In this document: positions 34,018-45,521 of the stretch, in pieces
Layout: each line of letters opens with the position of its first letter
Numbering within the stretch: the first letter of the stretch is position 1
Assembly: GCF_058153355.1 (NCBI RefSeq)
Contig: NZ_CM177019.1
Length of the DNA: 64,000 bases
Direction: 5' to 3' (one strand)
Position numbers and translations under genes: made by a program
Notes under the pieces: generated by a model
The model's database searches: none
What the model was told of the DNA's origin: nothing
What the model saw: only the letters and a program-made list of their open reading frames with translations

Positions 34018-35268
34018 TTAGCGATCAGTTTCGGTGATCCACAGCTGGCCGCCTTCCATCCACGCTAGCCATCGACCATCCGGCGAGAAGACCACGGCGT
34101 CCGCAGAAGGGGGATTGGCGTGGTTTTCGGTTAAATACTCAACCTCGCCGCTTTGCGCATGGGCGCAAGCAATTCGATTATCCAGCACAAAGCCCAACCA
34201 TTCTCCTGACGGATGCCAGTTAAATGCAGACTGAATATCCGTTTTGTTATGGGTTAACTGGCGCGGCTCGCCGCCCTGTGGCGAGATAAGCCACAGTTGC
34301 ACAATGCCGTTATCATCACGCATTAAAAACGCGATTTGCGTACCCTGCGGATTACAGCGCACCCAGTGGCGCGGGACGTTGACTAACCCCGGATAAGCCC
34401 GATGGTGGGTAAAGGTTAAACGTCGCTGCACGACGCCACGCGGTGGCGCGGGCAGGGTTGTTTCCGTTCCACTTAACGGCGCATCACCTGCTGCTTTCCA
34501 GCCAGCTTCATCTTGCGGTAACTCAACGATGAACAGCTCCGGCACTTTCTCGCCCTTTGGCGAAAGTGTGTCGCCAATAAACGCCAGCGCGTGGTTTCCT
34601 ACCCATCCTTCTTCATAAGCACGATTAATTTCATCACTGCCAGGCTGCGGCGTGGGCGTTGTTTTACTTACCAGTACGCACCAGTGGCTACCGCTGTATT
34701 CACGCGGATGCTGCTTTTGTACGTTGACCGGGCCAAACGGTACCGCAACACTGACGTTGCGCAAATCCAGCGCCGGATCGCGTTCATGCATCACATGGTC
34801 GTTATAGGTAAAGCTCACCATTACACCGTTCGGGCTAAAGACATGTACATGGCTGCCGCCACGCAGCGCCCCTGGCGTATACGGCGCGGTAATATCCATT
34901 GCATCAAGGTTGCTCATCTTGCCGTCTTCAACAATCACGCCTCGACGGTGATGGAAATCGTAATGCCATGTTTCATCAGGATTTTCAGGTCCGTGGATAA
35001 AGACATATTTCTCTGACTTCGGATGAACGGTCACCACGCCGACGTGTGCGCCCTGTGACGCACGGTAGATAACCTCGACCTCACCGGTATGAATATTCAC
35101 ACGTTCAATAGTTTCGCCGGTAAACGACGCCCCAGAAGGACGCACGTCAAATACCAGCCACTGGCTGTCGGGCGTCCAGGTATTGGTATTAGTGAGCAGG
35201 TGATTACGGGGAGCAAAGGTTATCTGTTTCATGGCGTGGTCCTGATACAAAACGGTTTCCGCAATCAT
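34018..35268 (-). CDS. yidR: Beta-propeller protein of unknown function
   Basis: 416 aa; position matches K-12 yidR. Confidence 0.8.
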   Translation of the reverse strand: MIAETVLYQDHAMKQITFAPRNHLLTNTNTWTPDSQWLVFDVRPSGASFTGETIERVNIHTGEVEVIYRASQGAHVGVVTVHPKSEKYVFIHGPENPDETWHYDFHHRRGVIVEDGKMSNLDAMDITAPYTPGALRGGSHVHVFSPNGVMVSFTYNDHVMHERDPALDLRNVSVAVPFGPVNVQKQHPREYSGSHWCVLVSKTTPTPQPGSDEINRAYEEGWVGNHALAFIGDTLSPKGEKVPELFIVELPQDEAGWKAAGDAPLSGTETTLPAPPRGVVQRRLTFTHHRAYPGLVNVPRHWVRCNPQGTQIAFLMRDDNGIVQLWLISPQGGEPRQLTHNKTDIQSAFNWHPSGEWLGFVLDNRIACAHAQSGEVEYLTENHANPPSADAVVFSPDGRWLAWMEGGQLWITETDR

Positions 35269-35332
35269 ACTTCACAAGGACTTCACTTTCAGACAATAGT
35301 CTTTTGCCATCGTGATGAATGTGAGTGAAAAG

Positions 35333-36433
35333 ATGGAACATTTCGACGTGGCGATTATTGGCCTCGGCCCGGCAGGGTCGGCGTTGGCGCGAAAGTTAGC
35401 AGGCAAAATGCAGGTGATCGCGCTGGATAAAAAGCACCAGTGCGGTACTGAAGGTTTCAACAAGCCTTGCGGCGGTCTGCTGGCACCGGACGCTCAGCGA
35501 TCTTTTATTCGCGATGGACTGACGCTTCCTGTCGATGTGATCGCCAATCCGCAGATTTTCAGCGTCAAAACCGTCGACGTCGCCGCATCGCTTACACGTA
35601 ACTACCAGCGAAGCTATATCAATATTAATCGCCATGCTTTCGACTTATGGATGAAATCGCTGATCCCCGCCAGCGTTGAGGTTTACCACGATAGCCTGTG
35701 CCGGAAAATCTGGCGCGAGGATGATAAATGGCATGTCATTTTTCGCGCAGACGGCTGGGAGCAACACATTACCGCCCGCTATCTGGTCGGTGCCGATGGT
35801 GCAAACTCGATGGTGCGGCGACATCTCTACCCGGATCATCAGATTCGTAAATATGTTGCTATCCAGCAGTGGTTCGCAGAGAAACATCCGGTGCCGTTCT
35901 ACTCCTGCATCTTTGATAATGCGATAACTGACTGTTATTCATGGAGTATCAGCAAAGACGGTTATTTTATCTTTGGCGGTGCCTATCCAATGAAAGACGG
36001 CCAGGCGCGCTTCACGGCGCTAAAAGAGAAAATGAGCGCCTTTCAGTTCCAGTTTGGTAAGGCGGTAAAAAGCGAAAAATGCACGGTGCTGTTTCCCTCA
36101 CGCTGGCAGGATTTTGTCTGCGGTAAGGACAACGCCTTTCTGATTGGTGAAGCGGCGGGATTTATCAGCGCCAGCTCGCTGGAGGGGATTAGCTATGCGC
36201 TGGATAGTGCAGAGATTCTGCGTTCGCTGTTACTGAAGCAGCCGGAGAAGAGCAACGCCGCTTACTGGCGCGCCACCCGCAAACTGCGTTTAAAACTCTT
36301 CGGCAAAATAGTAAAAAGCCGATGCCTGACCGCACCGGCTTTAAGAAAATGGATTATGCGCAGTGGTGTGGCGCATATTCCACAGTTTAAAGATTATCCA
36401 ACGCGCTTCACATCGCCCACCAGCAGGATGTAA
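35333..36433 (+). CDS. cbrA: FAD-dependent oxidoreductase
   Basis: N-terminal FAD-binding [14 protein letters not shown] motif; 3' end overlaps the 3' end of convergent dgoT by about 40 bp. Confidence 0.8.
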   Translation: MEHFDVAIIGLGPAGSALARKLAGKMQVIALDKKHQCGTEGFNKPCGGLLAPDAQRSFIRDGLTLPVDVIANPQIFSVKTVDVAASLTRNYQRSYININRHAFDLWMKSLIPASVEVYHDSLCRKIWREDDKWHVIFRADGWEQHITARYLVGADGANSMVRRHLYPDHQIRKYVAIQQWFAEKHPVPFYSCIFDNAITDCYSWSISKDGYFIFGGAYPMKDGQARFTALKEKMSAFQFQFGKAVKSEKCTVLFPSRWQDFVCGKDNAFLIGEAAGFISASSLEGISYALDSAEILRSLLLKQPEKSNAAYWRATRKLRLKLFGKIVKSRCLTAPALRKWIMRSGVAHIPQFKDYPTRFTSPTSRM

Positions 36434-37686
36434 GAGAGCGCGCCAATCAACGCGACGGCGGAGATATAAACCAGTGCAGGCGCGAAACCGTAACCCTGCG
36501 CCAGGTACCCCACCACCAGCGGAACGGTGATGCCGCCCAGACCACCGGCGAAGTTAAACACGCCGCCGGTTAAACCAATCAGCCGCATCGGTGCCAGAGA
36601 AGAGACTAACGACCAGGTAATCGAAGCAAAACCGTTGCCGAAGAATGCCAGCGCCATCAGGCACATAATCATCATCGGATCGTTGGTGTAGTTAGCACCC
36701 ATAATGCAGGTGGAGATCAGCAAACCGCAGATAATCGGCGTTTTACGCGCAAAGCCCAGTGAAAAGCCCTTACGTACCAGCAGATCCGCGACCCAGCCAG
36801 AGAGCAGGACGCCGACAAACGCCGCAAGGAAAGGCACCGTGGTCATAAAGCCCGCTTTCAACGCCGTGATGCCTTTTTCCTGGGTTAAATAGTTCGGGAA
36901 CCAGGTTAAGAAGAACCACAGTGTAGAAGCCACCGCAAATTGCCCAAGATAGACGCCGATCAGTTTACGATGGAACACCAGTTTCCAGTCTTTGGCTGTT
37001 AGCGGCTGACGCGACTCTTTTTTCACTGGCGCATCGCCATCCACCAGACCGCCGCCGTCACGAATGTAATCCAGTTCAGCTTTGCTAATGCCTTTGGTCA
37101 GGCGCGGCGGCTGATAAACCTTAAACCAAATCAGCGACCAGATAATGCCGATACCGCCGGTGACAATGAACACCCAGTGCCAGCTCAACATTTCCTGAAT
37201 CCAGATCAGCAGCGGAGTCAGAAACGCCAGACCGACAAACTGACCAGACGTATAAAAACCCACGGCAGAAGCGCGTTCATGTTCCGGGAACCAGCTGGTC
37301 ACCATCCGGTTATTGGTCGGGAACGCGGGCGCTTCGAAAATACCGGTTATCGCACGCAGACCAATTAATGACATTAAGCCCGTGGCAAAGCCCTGGAATA
37401 ACGTCGCCACTGACCAGCCAAATATCGCAATAAAATAAGTCACGCGAGAACCTACGCGATCTAAAAACCAACCGCCGGGGATCTGACATAAGGTATAAAG
37501 CCAGGCGAAGGCCGAAAATACATAGCCCATTTGCGCTTTGGTAATGCCGAACTCTTCCTGAATATGGGCGGAAGCCACGGCCAGGTTAGCGCGGTCAACA
37601 TAACAAATGACCACCGTAATAAAGATCATCACCAGCGTCAGATAACGCCGACGCCCCGGTTTTGCTGCATTAACGGGAATATCCAT
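36394..37686 (-). CDS. dgoT: D-galactonate:proton symporter (MFS)
   Basis: 430 aa from [15 protein letters not shown]. Confidence 0.9.
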   Translation of the reverse strand: MDIPVNAAKPGRRRYLTLVMIFITVVICYVDRANLAVASAHIQEEFGITKAQMGYVFSAFAWLYTLCQIPGGWFLDRVGSRVTYFIAIFGWSVATLFQGFATGLMSLIGLRAITGIFEAPAFPTNNRMVTSWFPEHERASAVGFYTSGQFVGLAFLTPLLIWIQEMLSWHWVFIVTGGIGIIWSLIWFKVYQPPRLTKGISKAELDYIRDGGGLVDGDAPVKKESRQPLTAKDWKLVFHRKLIGVYLGQFAVASTLWFFLTWFPNYLTQEKGITALKAGFMTTVPFLAAFVGVLLSGWVADLLVRKGFSLGFARKTPIICGLLISTCIMGANYTNDPMMIMCLMALAFFGNGFASITWSLVSSLAPMRLIGLTGGVFNFAGGLGGITVPLVVGYLAQGYGFAPALVYISAVALIGALSYILLVGDVKRVG

Positions 37687-37805
37687 AGCGAGCTTTCTCC
37701 AGATTTTGGGCATAGCGAAGCCGCTCACCATGCCCTGTAATGTACAGAGGGTTATATTTTTGTATTGCTGTTTTAGTGCCCGATGAGGGGCTTACGTGGC
37801 AGGAA

Positions 37806-37956
37806 TTACCACTCTGCTACGCTGTTATCTTCATGACGCCAGAGCGGATTACGCCAGTCCGGGGCATTTTTACTGAACTCAATGACTTTGGCTTCGTCGA
37901 TTTCTACGCCTAAGCCCGGTTTCGTTAATGGTTTAAAGAAGCCGCCGACCATGCTG
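37806..37956 (-). pseudogene. dgoD: Galactonate dehydratase, 3'-terminal remnant (about 50 codons) truncated by IS4
   Basis: The last ~50 codons (…[32 protein letters not shown]) abut the IS4 terminal inverted repeat at 37957; the upstream ~330 codons are absent at this locus. Confidence 0.75.
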
Positions 37957-39382
37957 TAATGCCAGTCAGTTAAGCAACTGACTGGCTCTTTTTCGGGGCT
38001 GTGGGGTATTTCCAGGGCCTCTCCTTTACCACTCTCGGGAAGGCCCTTTCCCTTCTTGTCGGTAATTTCACAAGTTGTCCCATACTTGCAAGATCGCGCA
38101 TCAGCTCCGGTATACGTCCCGGTGAAGCGCCCTGCAATGTCATCAGCATTCTCATCACCATTCCGCATGATTCTGAGAAACTCAGTTGATTCGGCCAGTA
38201 ACCTTTCAGATGTTCCGCCATTTTAATCATCTGATATCTCACCAGATTATAAGCCAGTAAGACACCCCACAGCTCTTGCTCCACAAGCTCCGGCTTTTTA
38301 CTTCTCAGCGTCAGCCTGCTCAGTTGCATCGTCTGTTTTATCTCCCTGTATCCCAGTTCGATTTCCCAGCGATGACTGTACAGATCCGCCATTTCTCCTC
38401 CGGGGAAGCGCATGGCGTCCGTCATCGACGTCAGCAGATGGCAGACTTTTCCTTTGCGCGTCACGGTCAGCAGGCGGGCTGTCACTTCATTTCCCAGTCC
38501 CGGCCACTTTTTTCGTGCCTGCGGGCTGGTTTTCAGCTTCACCAGATGATCGCCTTTACCCAGTTTTCTGATCTCTTCATATTGCGCTCCCTTTCTGAGA
38601 GGTATCATCCAGTGGCGGTGTTCTCCCGCCAGGCTCCAGGCATTTAACAGTCCCAGTGAGTAATAACCTTTATCCATTAACGTCAGAGTGTTATCGCCGG
38701 TTTGTTCTATAAGTTGCTCAGCAAGCTCATTTTCGCTGTTCTTCATCGTGCCGAAGGCTGCAGCCGTCAGCAGATGGCTGGTCAGTTCCATCTGGCAGAC
38801 CATTTTGACCTGCGGGTAGAGCGCCGGGTTCCCGGCATGTGTCTGGCGGGGGAAGGCTGCATCGTTCTCTGGTGTATCCGGTGTGCGCCAGAACACACCA
38901 TCGATGGCCAGCAGGGTCAGGCCGCACCAGTGCGGATGCGGCGTGGCGTTATGCCAGAGCTGCGCTGTTTTCGTGAACACGCGGCGGACAGCCTCACTTC
39001 CCAGGCGCTGGCGGGCCTGAATAACGGCACTGGGGGCAACGAAGGGGCGATTGCCCGGCAGCATGATGTCCAGGCGATTCACAATCTGGTGAAGAGGTTC
39101 TTTACGCTCAAGCGCCATGCCAACAATACACCAGACCATCATTTCGAGGGGAAGACGGCGCTTGCGTAGCGTTACAGTACCTGATTCGGCAAGGCAACGA
39201 GAGATGAGTTCGGGGTCGAGGTAATCCCCCAGAGAAGTCAGTGGGTTACGCAGAGAATCGTAACGGGATACCAGATCAAGAGCCTGTCCAATGTGCATAA
39301 AAAAATCCGGAAACAAGTGAGCGTTTCCGGATTCTTACACAGCCACTGGATCGGTCAACTGATCCTTAACTGATCGGCATTA
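37957..39382 (-). mobile_element. IS4 insertion sequence, complete (1426 bp), no target-site duplication
   Basis: 18-bp imperfect terminal inverted repeats taatgccagtcagttaag (37957..37974) and cttaactgatcggcatta (39365..39382); flanks gccgaccatgctg and ggccaaatcggtc are unrelated. Confidence 0.9.
37970..39316 (-). CDS. insG: IS4 transposase (DDE family)
   Basis: About 442 aa recognised as the E. coli IS4 transposase InsG; the likely native start is MHIGQ at about 39298. Confidence 0.9.
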   Translation of the reverse strand: MFPDFFMHIGQALDLVSRYDSLRNPLTSLGDYLDPELISRCLAESGTVTLRKRRLPLEMMVWCIVGMALERKEPLHQIVNRLDIMLPGNRPFVAPSAVIQARQRLGSEAVRRVFTKTAQLWHNATPHPHWCGLTLLAIDGVFWRTPDTPENDAAFPRQTHAGNPALYPQVKMVCQMELTSHLLTAAAFGTMKNSENELAEQLIEQTGDNTLTLMDKGYYSLGLLNAWSLAGEHRHWMIPLRKGAQYEEIRKLGKGDHLVKLKTSPQARKKWPGLGNEVTARLLTVTRKGKVCHLLTSMTDAMRFPGGEMADLYSHRWEIELGYREIKQTMQLSRLTLRSKKPELVEQELWGVLLAYNLVRYQMIKMAEHLKGYWPNQLSFSESCGMVMRMLMTLQGASPGRIPELMRDLASMGQLVKLPTRRERAFPRVVKERPWKYPTAPKKSQSVA

Positions 39383-39490
39383 GGCCAAATCGGTCCCGTT
39401 TTTTTTCGCCTTTATTTCGGAGAAGTGTCCAGAGGGGCAAGGGGATTCGGGGGAGTATAATTTCGCCATTCAGAAAGAATGGAAAGAATA

Positions 39491-40017
39491 ATGCAAAACA
39501 GAAAATGGATTTTGACCTCGCTGATAATGACTTTTTTCGGCATCCCCATACTGGCGCAATTACCAACTGGCGCACGGTTGGCGGTAACGATCAGGAGATC
39601 CAGACCTGGCAACGCCCGGAAGACTCTGGCAGCCAGACAGTGATGCAATCGCAGGTCATGAAAAATGTCCGCATGATCTCGCCGCAGGAAACCGAAGTGG
39701 CAAGCATGATGGAGGGAATGATTAAAGTTGTTGCCGAATACCGTAATACAAACAACTCAATAGGCTACACCTTCCGCTATTACGCAACACAAATGAACGC
39801 CGATAAAAATATAAAACTGCTAGCTATTAACGGTATTGCACCGACTGCGGAAAATATTCGTAACGGCAAATATCCGTATATCGTCGATGCCTTTATGGTA
39901 ACGCGGGAAAATACTACGTCAGAAACACAAAAACTGGTCGAATGGTTTTTAACGCCGCAGGGGCAGAGTCTGGTGGAAGATGTGGGCTATGTGCCGCTGT
40001 ATCCAACAATGAAATAA
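39491..40017 (+). pseudogene. yzgL: yzgL-like periplasmic PBP-domain protein, disrupted by frameshift and internal deletion
   Basis: Signal peptide MQNRKWILTSLIMTFFGIPILA in one frame runs into a stop; the C-terminal PBP-like domain continues in another frame (ORF 39505..40017) and is paralogous to the C-terminal half of the next gene. Confidence 0.55.
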
Positions 40018-40042
40018 CGCTCGAGAGAAAGGAATCAGCGCA

Positions 40043-41035
40043 ATGAATAAATTCACCGGTGTTTTACTATTAGGTACGGCGTTACTGGCGGGATGTGTCG
40101 ACCGGGAAGGGTACTATAACAGCGTCAGGGAAGAAGAGAGTCATGGACTGACGTCTCTGCGGGGGCAACCTGAATTACGTTACAGCGATGATTGGTCAAG
40201 ATGGCCGAGAGTGTACGGCGCTACAGCCTTATACCCGCTGTATGCCTCCGCGTATTATGAATTAGTACCCGAGCCAAAAGATAAGGATCGAACCTCGCTG
40301 GCCTGGCAGGCGTATGGTTTGCAACAAACCCGAACAGCTGAAGCCTACGATAGTCTGATCAAGGGTACCGCGACGGTTATTTTTGTTGCACAACCGTCGG
40401 AAGGACAGAAAAAACGTGCAGAAGAAGCAGGCGTTAAACTGAAATATACCGCGTTTGCCCGCGAAGCCTTTGTCTTTATCGTTGATATCAAAAACCCGGT
40501 TAATTCACTTAGCGAACAGCAAGTCAAAGACATTTTTAGCGGTAAAGTGAGTCGCTGGAATAAAGTGGGCGGCGGTGACGAAAGTATAAAAGTCTGGCAG
40601 CGGCCAGAAGATTCTGGAAGCCAAACGGTTATGAAGGGACTGGTTATGCAAGATACTCCAATGCTGCCAGCCAAAAAATCCACTGTTATCGATCTTATGG
40701 GCGGTTTAATTACCGAAGTCGCCGACTACCAAAACACACCATCTTCCATTGGATACACCTTCCACTATTACGTCACACGTATGAATGACAATATGCTCAA
40801 AATGCGCAAACAGATCAAACTGCTGGCTATAAATGGCGTTGCACCTACAGAGGAAAATATCCGTAACGGCACTTATCCGTACATAATTGATGCTTATATG
40901 GTGACGCACGAAAACCCTACGCTGGAAACGCAGAAATTCGTCGACTGGTTTTTAAGCCCGCAGGGACAGCAATTGGTAGAGGATGTGGGGTATGTGCCGA
41001 TTCATGACGCATCATACGAATCATCAGTGCAATAA
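40043..41035 (+). CDS. Lipoprotein with PstS-like (PBP-like) substrate-binding domain
   Basis: 330 aa; lipobox (LLAGC); PBP-like domain paralogous to the yzgL-like pseudogene. Confidence 0.75.
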   Translation: MNKFTGVLLLGTALLAGCVDREGYYNSVREEESHGLTSLRGQPELRYSDDWSRWPRVYGATALYPLYASAYYELVPEPKDKDRTSLAWQAYGLQQTRTAEAYDSLIKGTATVIFVAQPSEGQKKRAEEAGVKLKYTAFAREAFVFIVDIKNPVNSLSEQQVKDIFSGKVSRWNKVGGGDESIKVWQRPEDSGSQTVMKGLVMQDTPMLPAKKSTVIDLMGGLITEVADYQNTPSSIGYTFHYYVTRMNDNMLKMRKQIKLLAINGVAPTEENIRNGTYPYIIDAYMVTHENPTLETQKFVDWFLSPQGQQLVEDVGYVPIHDASYESSVQ

Positions 41036-41637
41036 TGATGAATAAAATCAGACTTTATATTCCTCCGTTAATTCTTGGTTTTGTTATTGTGCCGTTGTTG
41101 GTGTGGCCGACGGTGGTTGCGCTGGCTGCTTCTGTTATCACGCTGAGTTTTCTGGGAGAGATACTGTTCTCTATCCCGCTCATGATCAGGCATATTTCGC
41201 TTCTGCAATTACAACTATGGTTATCGGCTGAATATGCGCTTTTCTGCTGTGCAATGGTGGGCGTTGGTTGGCAATTTGCTCGTATAACTCAATCCGAATC
41301 GAAAAGCAGACTGCATTGTTGGCTGGTATTTGCACCAGTTTATTTCTGGTTGCTCCTGTGGAATATCATTTTCTATGTCGCGCCAGCGAATATTGCGTTG
41401 CTGGAGAATATGCGCAGTTTCTTTCTGACAGTTGTCTGGCTCCCACTGAATTTTTCGCCATTTTGGTCTCAACCGTGGATTGACTTTGTCGGTCCAATAA
41501 GCGCACAGCTTGGTTTTGCGTTGGGATATTATTGCCAGTGGCGTAGCAAAAATAGAAGCCAGATACGGAAGTGGAGTGAGTGGGGAACGTGCCTGAGTTT
41601 TGTTACGTTGGGTATGATGGCGTGGGCTTTGCGGTAA
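41035..41637 (+). CDS. Polytopic membrane protein of unknown function
   Basis: 200 aa, several hydrophobic helices; start overlaps the lipoprotein stop, suggesting co-translation. Confidence 0.6.
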   Translation: MMNKIRLYIPPLILGFVIVPLLVWPTVVALAASVITLSFLGEILFSIPLMIRHISLLQLQLWLSAEYALFCCAMVGVGWQFARITQSESKSRLHCWLVFAPVYFWLLLWNIIFYVAPANIALLENMRSFFLTVVWLPLNFSPFWSQPWIDFVGPISAQLGFALGYYCQWRSKNRSQIRKWSEWGTCLSFVTLGMMAWALR

Positions 41638-41757
41638 TTCCCTGACTTAAAAAGTAGGTCAGATTGTTGACAAAGTGCGCTTTGTTCATGCCGGATGCGA
41701 CATGAACGTCTTATTGGCCTACAAGACCATGCAAATTCAATATATTGCATAAGCCAC

Positions 41758-41787
41758 GTAGGCCTGATAAGCGTAGCGCATCAGGCA
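41758..41787. repeat. REP (repetitive extragenic palindromic) element
   Basis: gtaggcctgataagcgtagcgcatcaggca is the canonical E. coli REP sequence; a second palindrome (gttcatgccggatgcgacatgaac) sits at 41682..41708. Confidence 0.55.
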
Positions 41788-41849
41788 GTTTTTTGTTTAT
41801 CATCAGTCGCAGGTCAGATTGAAATCTGACCCGGCCACCTTACGTTAAT

Positions 41850-43355
41850 TTACGACGCCAGCGACAACCTCTGCTGCGTATACTCCCCCAGCCACTGACT
41901 CACACGGGATTGTTGCTGCGCATTCAGCCACATGCCTTGTTTTGTGCGACGCCACAGGGCATCGTCGGCGCGGCGGACCCATTCGTGATCCACAAGGTAT
42001 TTCAGCTCCGCTTCGTAGAACTCATGACCGAAATCTTCCCCGAGATCGCCTATCGCCCCCGCATTGCCGAGCAGCAGCTCGCTGTTGCTGCCGTAAGTGC
42101 GCGCGTAGTGACGTGCCAGCGATTCAGTCAGGAACGGATAACGGCGGCGCAAGCGAGCGGCATAATCGTCGCGGTCGCCCTCGATGGCACCACCCGGCAG
42201 CACGCTCTCTTTCGTCCACGCCGGGCCAATGCCCTGATAATACGGCGTCAGTTTTTCCAGCGCGTGCTCCGCCAGTTTGCGGTAGGTGGTCAGCTTACCG
42301 CCGAATACCGATAACAGCGGAGCTTTGCCGTTTTCATCATGGATATCGAGCGTGTAATCACGGGTAATGGCCTGCGGCGAATCGGACTCATCATCACACA
42401 GTGGACGCACGCCGGAGTAGGTCCAGACGATATCATCCCGGCTTAGCGGCTTTTTAAAGTGCGCGTTATACACTTTCAGCAGGTAATTGATTTCACTCTC
42501 TTCAATCTTCACCGCTTTCGGATCGCCTTTATACTCCACATCGGTGGTGCCGATAATGGAAAACTCGTCCATCCACGGGATCACGAAGACAATACGTTTA
42601 TCTTCGTTTTGCAGAATGTAGGCTTGCTTCTGGGTATGCACACGCGGCACGACAATATGGCTGCCTTTGATCAGGCGAATGCCATAAGGTGAGGGTAGAT
42701 GCATACCGTCGTCGAAGAACTGCTTCACCCACGGGCCGGTGGCGTTCACGAGGCCGCGCGCTTGCCAGCTATATTTTTTGCCGGTATCGATATCTTCCGC
42801 TTCCACAATCCACAGGCCGTTTTCGCGGCGAGCAGAAGTGGCACGAGTACGGGTAAGCACTTCACCGCCTTTACGCACCACCATCTGGGCGTTGGCGAGT
42901 ACCAGACGGGCGTCGTCTACCCAACAGTCGGAATATTCGAATCCGCGCTTAATTTCCGGTTTTAACACTGAATTTGCGCCAAAACGCAAACCGGTTGATC
43001 CCGGCAGGCTGGTGCGTTTACCCAGATGATCGTACATAAACAGACCAATACGGATCATCCACGCCGGACGCAGACGCGGGCGATGCGGCAGGCGAAAACG
43101 CATCGGGAAAGCGATATGGGGAGCCATTTTCAGCAACACTTCACGTTCAGCCAGCGCCTCGCTGACCAGGCGGAATTCATAGTGCTCAAGGTAGCGCAGG
43201 CCACCATGAATGAGTTTTGAACTGGCGGAAGAGGTCGCACAAGCGAGATCCTGCGCCTCCAGCATCAGCACGGATAAACCGCGTCCAGCGGCGTCTGCCG
43301 CGATACCAGCACCATTGATGCCGCCACCTATCACAATCAGATCTTTGGTTTCCAT
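41850..43355 (-). CDS. glpD: Aerobic glycerol-3-phosphate dehydrogenase
   Basis: 501 aa from METKDLIVIGGGINGAGIA (FAD-binding); divergent from glpEGR as in K-12. Confidence 0.95.
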   Translation of the reverse strand: METKDLIVIGGGINGAGIAADAAGRGLSVLMLEAQDLACATSSASSKLIHGGLRYLEHYEFRLVSEALAEREVLLKMAPHIAFPMRFRLPHRPRLRPAWMIRIGLFMYDHLGKRTSLPGSTGLRFGANSVLKPEIKRGFEYSDCWVDDARLVLANAQMVVRKGGEVLTRTRATSARRENGLWIVEAEDIDTGKKYSWQARGLVNATGPWVKQFFDDGMHLPSPYGIRLIKGSHIVVPRVHTQKQAYILQNEDKRIVFVIPWMDEFSIIGTTDVEYKGDPKAVKIEESEINYLLKVYNAHFKKPLSRDDIVWTYSGVRPLCDDESDSPQAITRDYTLDIHDENGKAPLLSVFGGKLTTYRKLAEHALEKLTPYYQGIGPAWTKESVLPGGAIEGDRDDYAARLRRRYPFLTESLARHYARTYGSNSELLLGNAGAIGDLGEDFGHEFYEAELKYLVDHEWVRRADDALWRRTKQGMWLNAQQQSRVSQWLGEYTQQRLSLAS

Positions 43356-43466
43356 GCTGCCCTCATTCACTTTCGTTAAAGCTCATAAATGTTCGTTATC
43401 GAACATATTAGCAAAGAATCGCGCTTTGGGTAACATTGAAAAAACATTTTAGAGTGATATGTATAA

Positions 43467-43871
<405 letters not shown>

Positions 43872-43903
43872 CGCTTTATACTGTCCCCTTTTGTGTGGAA
43901 TAA

Positions 43904-44746
<843 letters not shown>

Positions 44747-44762
44747 TTCCAGGGATTTATAA

Positions 44763-45521
44763 ATGAAACAAACACAACGTCACAACGGTATTATTGAACT
44801 GGTTAAACAGCAGGGTTATGTCAGCACCGAAGAACTGGTGGAACACTTCTCCGTCAGTCCGCAGACTATTCGTCGTGACCTCAACGAGCTGGCGGAGCAA
44901 AACCTGATCCTGCGTCACCATGGCGGCGCGGCACTGCCTTCCAGTTCGGTTAACACGCCGTGGCACGATCGTAAGGCCACCCAGACCGAAGAAAAAGAGC
45001 GTATTGCCCGCAAAGTGGCGGAGCAAATTCCTAACGGCTCGACGCTATTTATTGATATCGGCACCACGCCGGAAGCGGTGGCGCACGCGCTGCTTAATCA
45101 CAGCAATTTGCGCATTGTGACCAACAATCTCAACGTCGCTAACACGCTGATGGTAAAAGAAGATTTTCGCATCATTCTTGCAGGTGGCGAATTACGCAGC
45201 CGCGATGGTGGGATCATTGGCGAAGCGACGCTCGATTTTATCTCCCAGTTCCGCCTTGATTTCGGGATTCTGGGGATCAGCGGCATCGATAGCGACGGCT
45301 CGCTGCTGGAGTTCGATTACCACGAAGTTCGCACCAAACGCGCTATTATTGAGAACTCGCGCCACGTTATGCTGGTTGTCGATCACTCGAAATTTGGCCG
45401 TAATGCGATGGTCAATATGGGCAGCATCAGCATGGTCGATGCCGTCTACACCGACGCCCCGCCACCAGCGAGCGTGATGCAGGTGCTGACAGACCATCAT
45501 ATTCAGCTGGAGCTGTGCTGA
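44763..45521 (+). CDS. glpR: DeoR-family repressor of the glp regulon
   Basis: 252 aa; N-terminal DeoR HTH. Confidence 0.95.
   Translation: MKQTQRHNGIIELVKQQGYVSTEELVEHFSVSPQTIRRDLNELAEQNLILRHHGGAALPSSSVNTPWHDRKATQTEEKERIARKVAEQIPNGSTLFIDIGTTPEAVAHALLNHSNLRIVTNNLNVANTLMVKEDFRIILAGGELRSRDGGIIGEATLDFISQFRLDFGILGISGIDSDGSLLEFDYHEVRTKRAIIENSRHVMLVVDHSKFGRNAMVNMGSISMVDAVYTDAPPPASVMQVLTDHHIQLELC

Noticed and set aside
39366..39648. Short minus-strand ORFs crossing the IS4 right end
   Set aside because: They span the IS4 terminal repeat and the yzgL-like pseudogene 5' region; junction artefacts, not genes.
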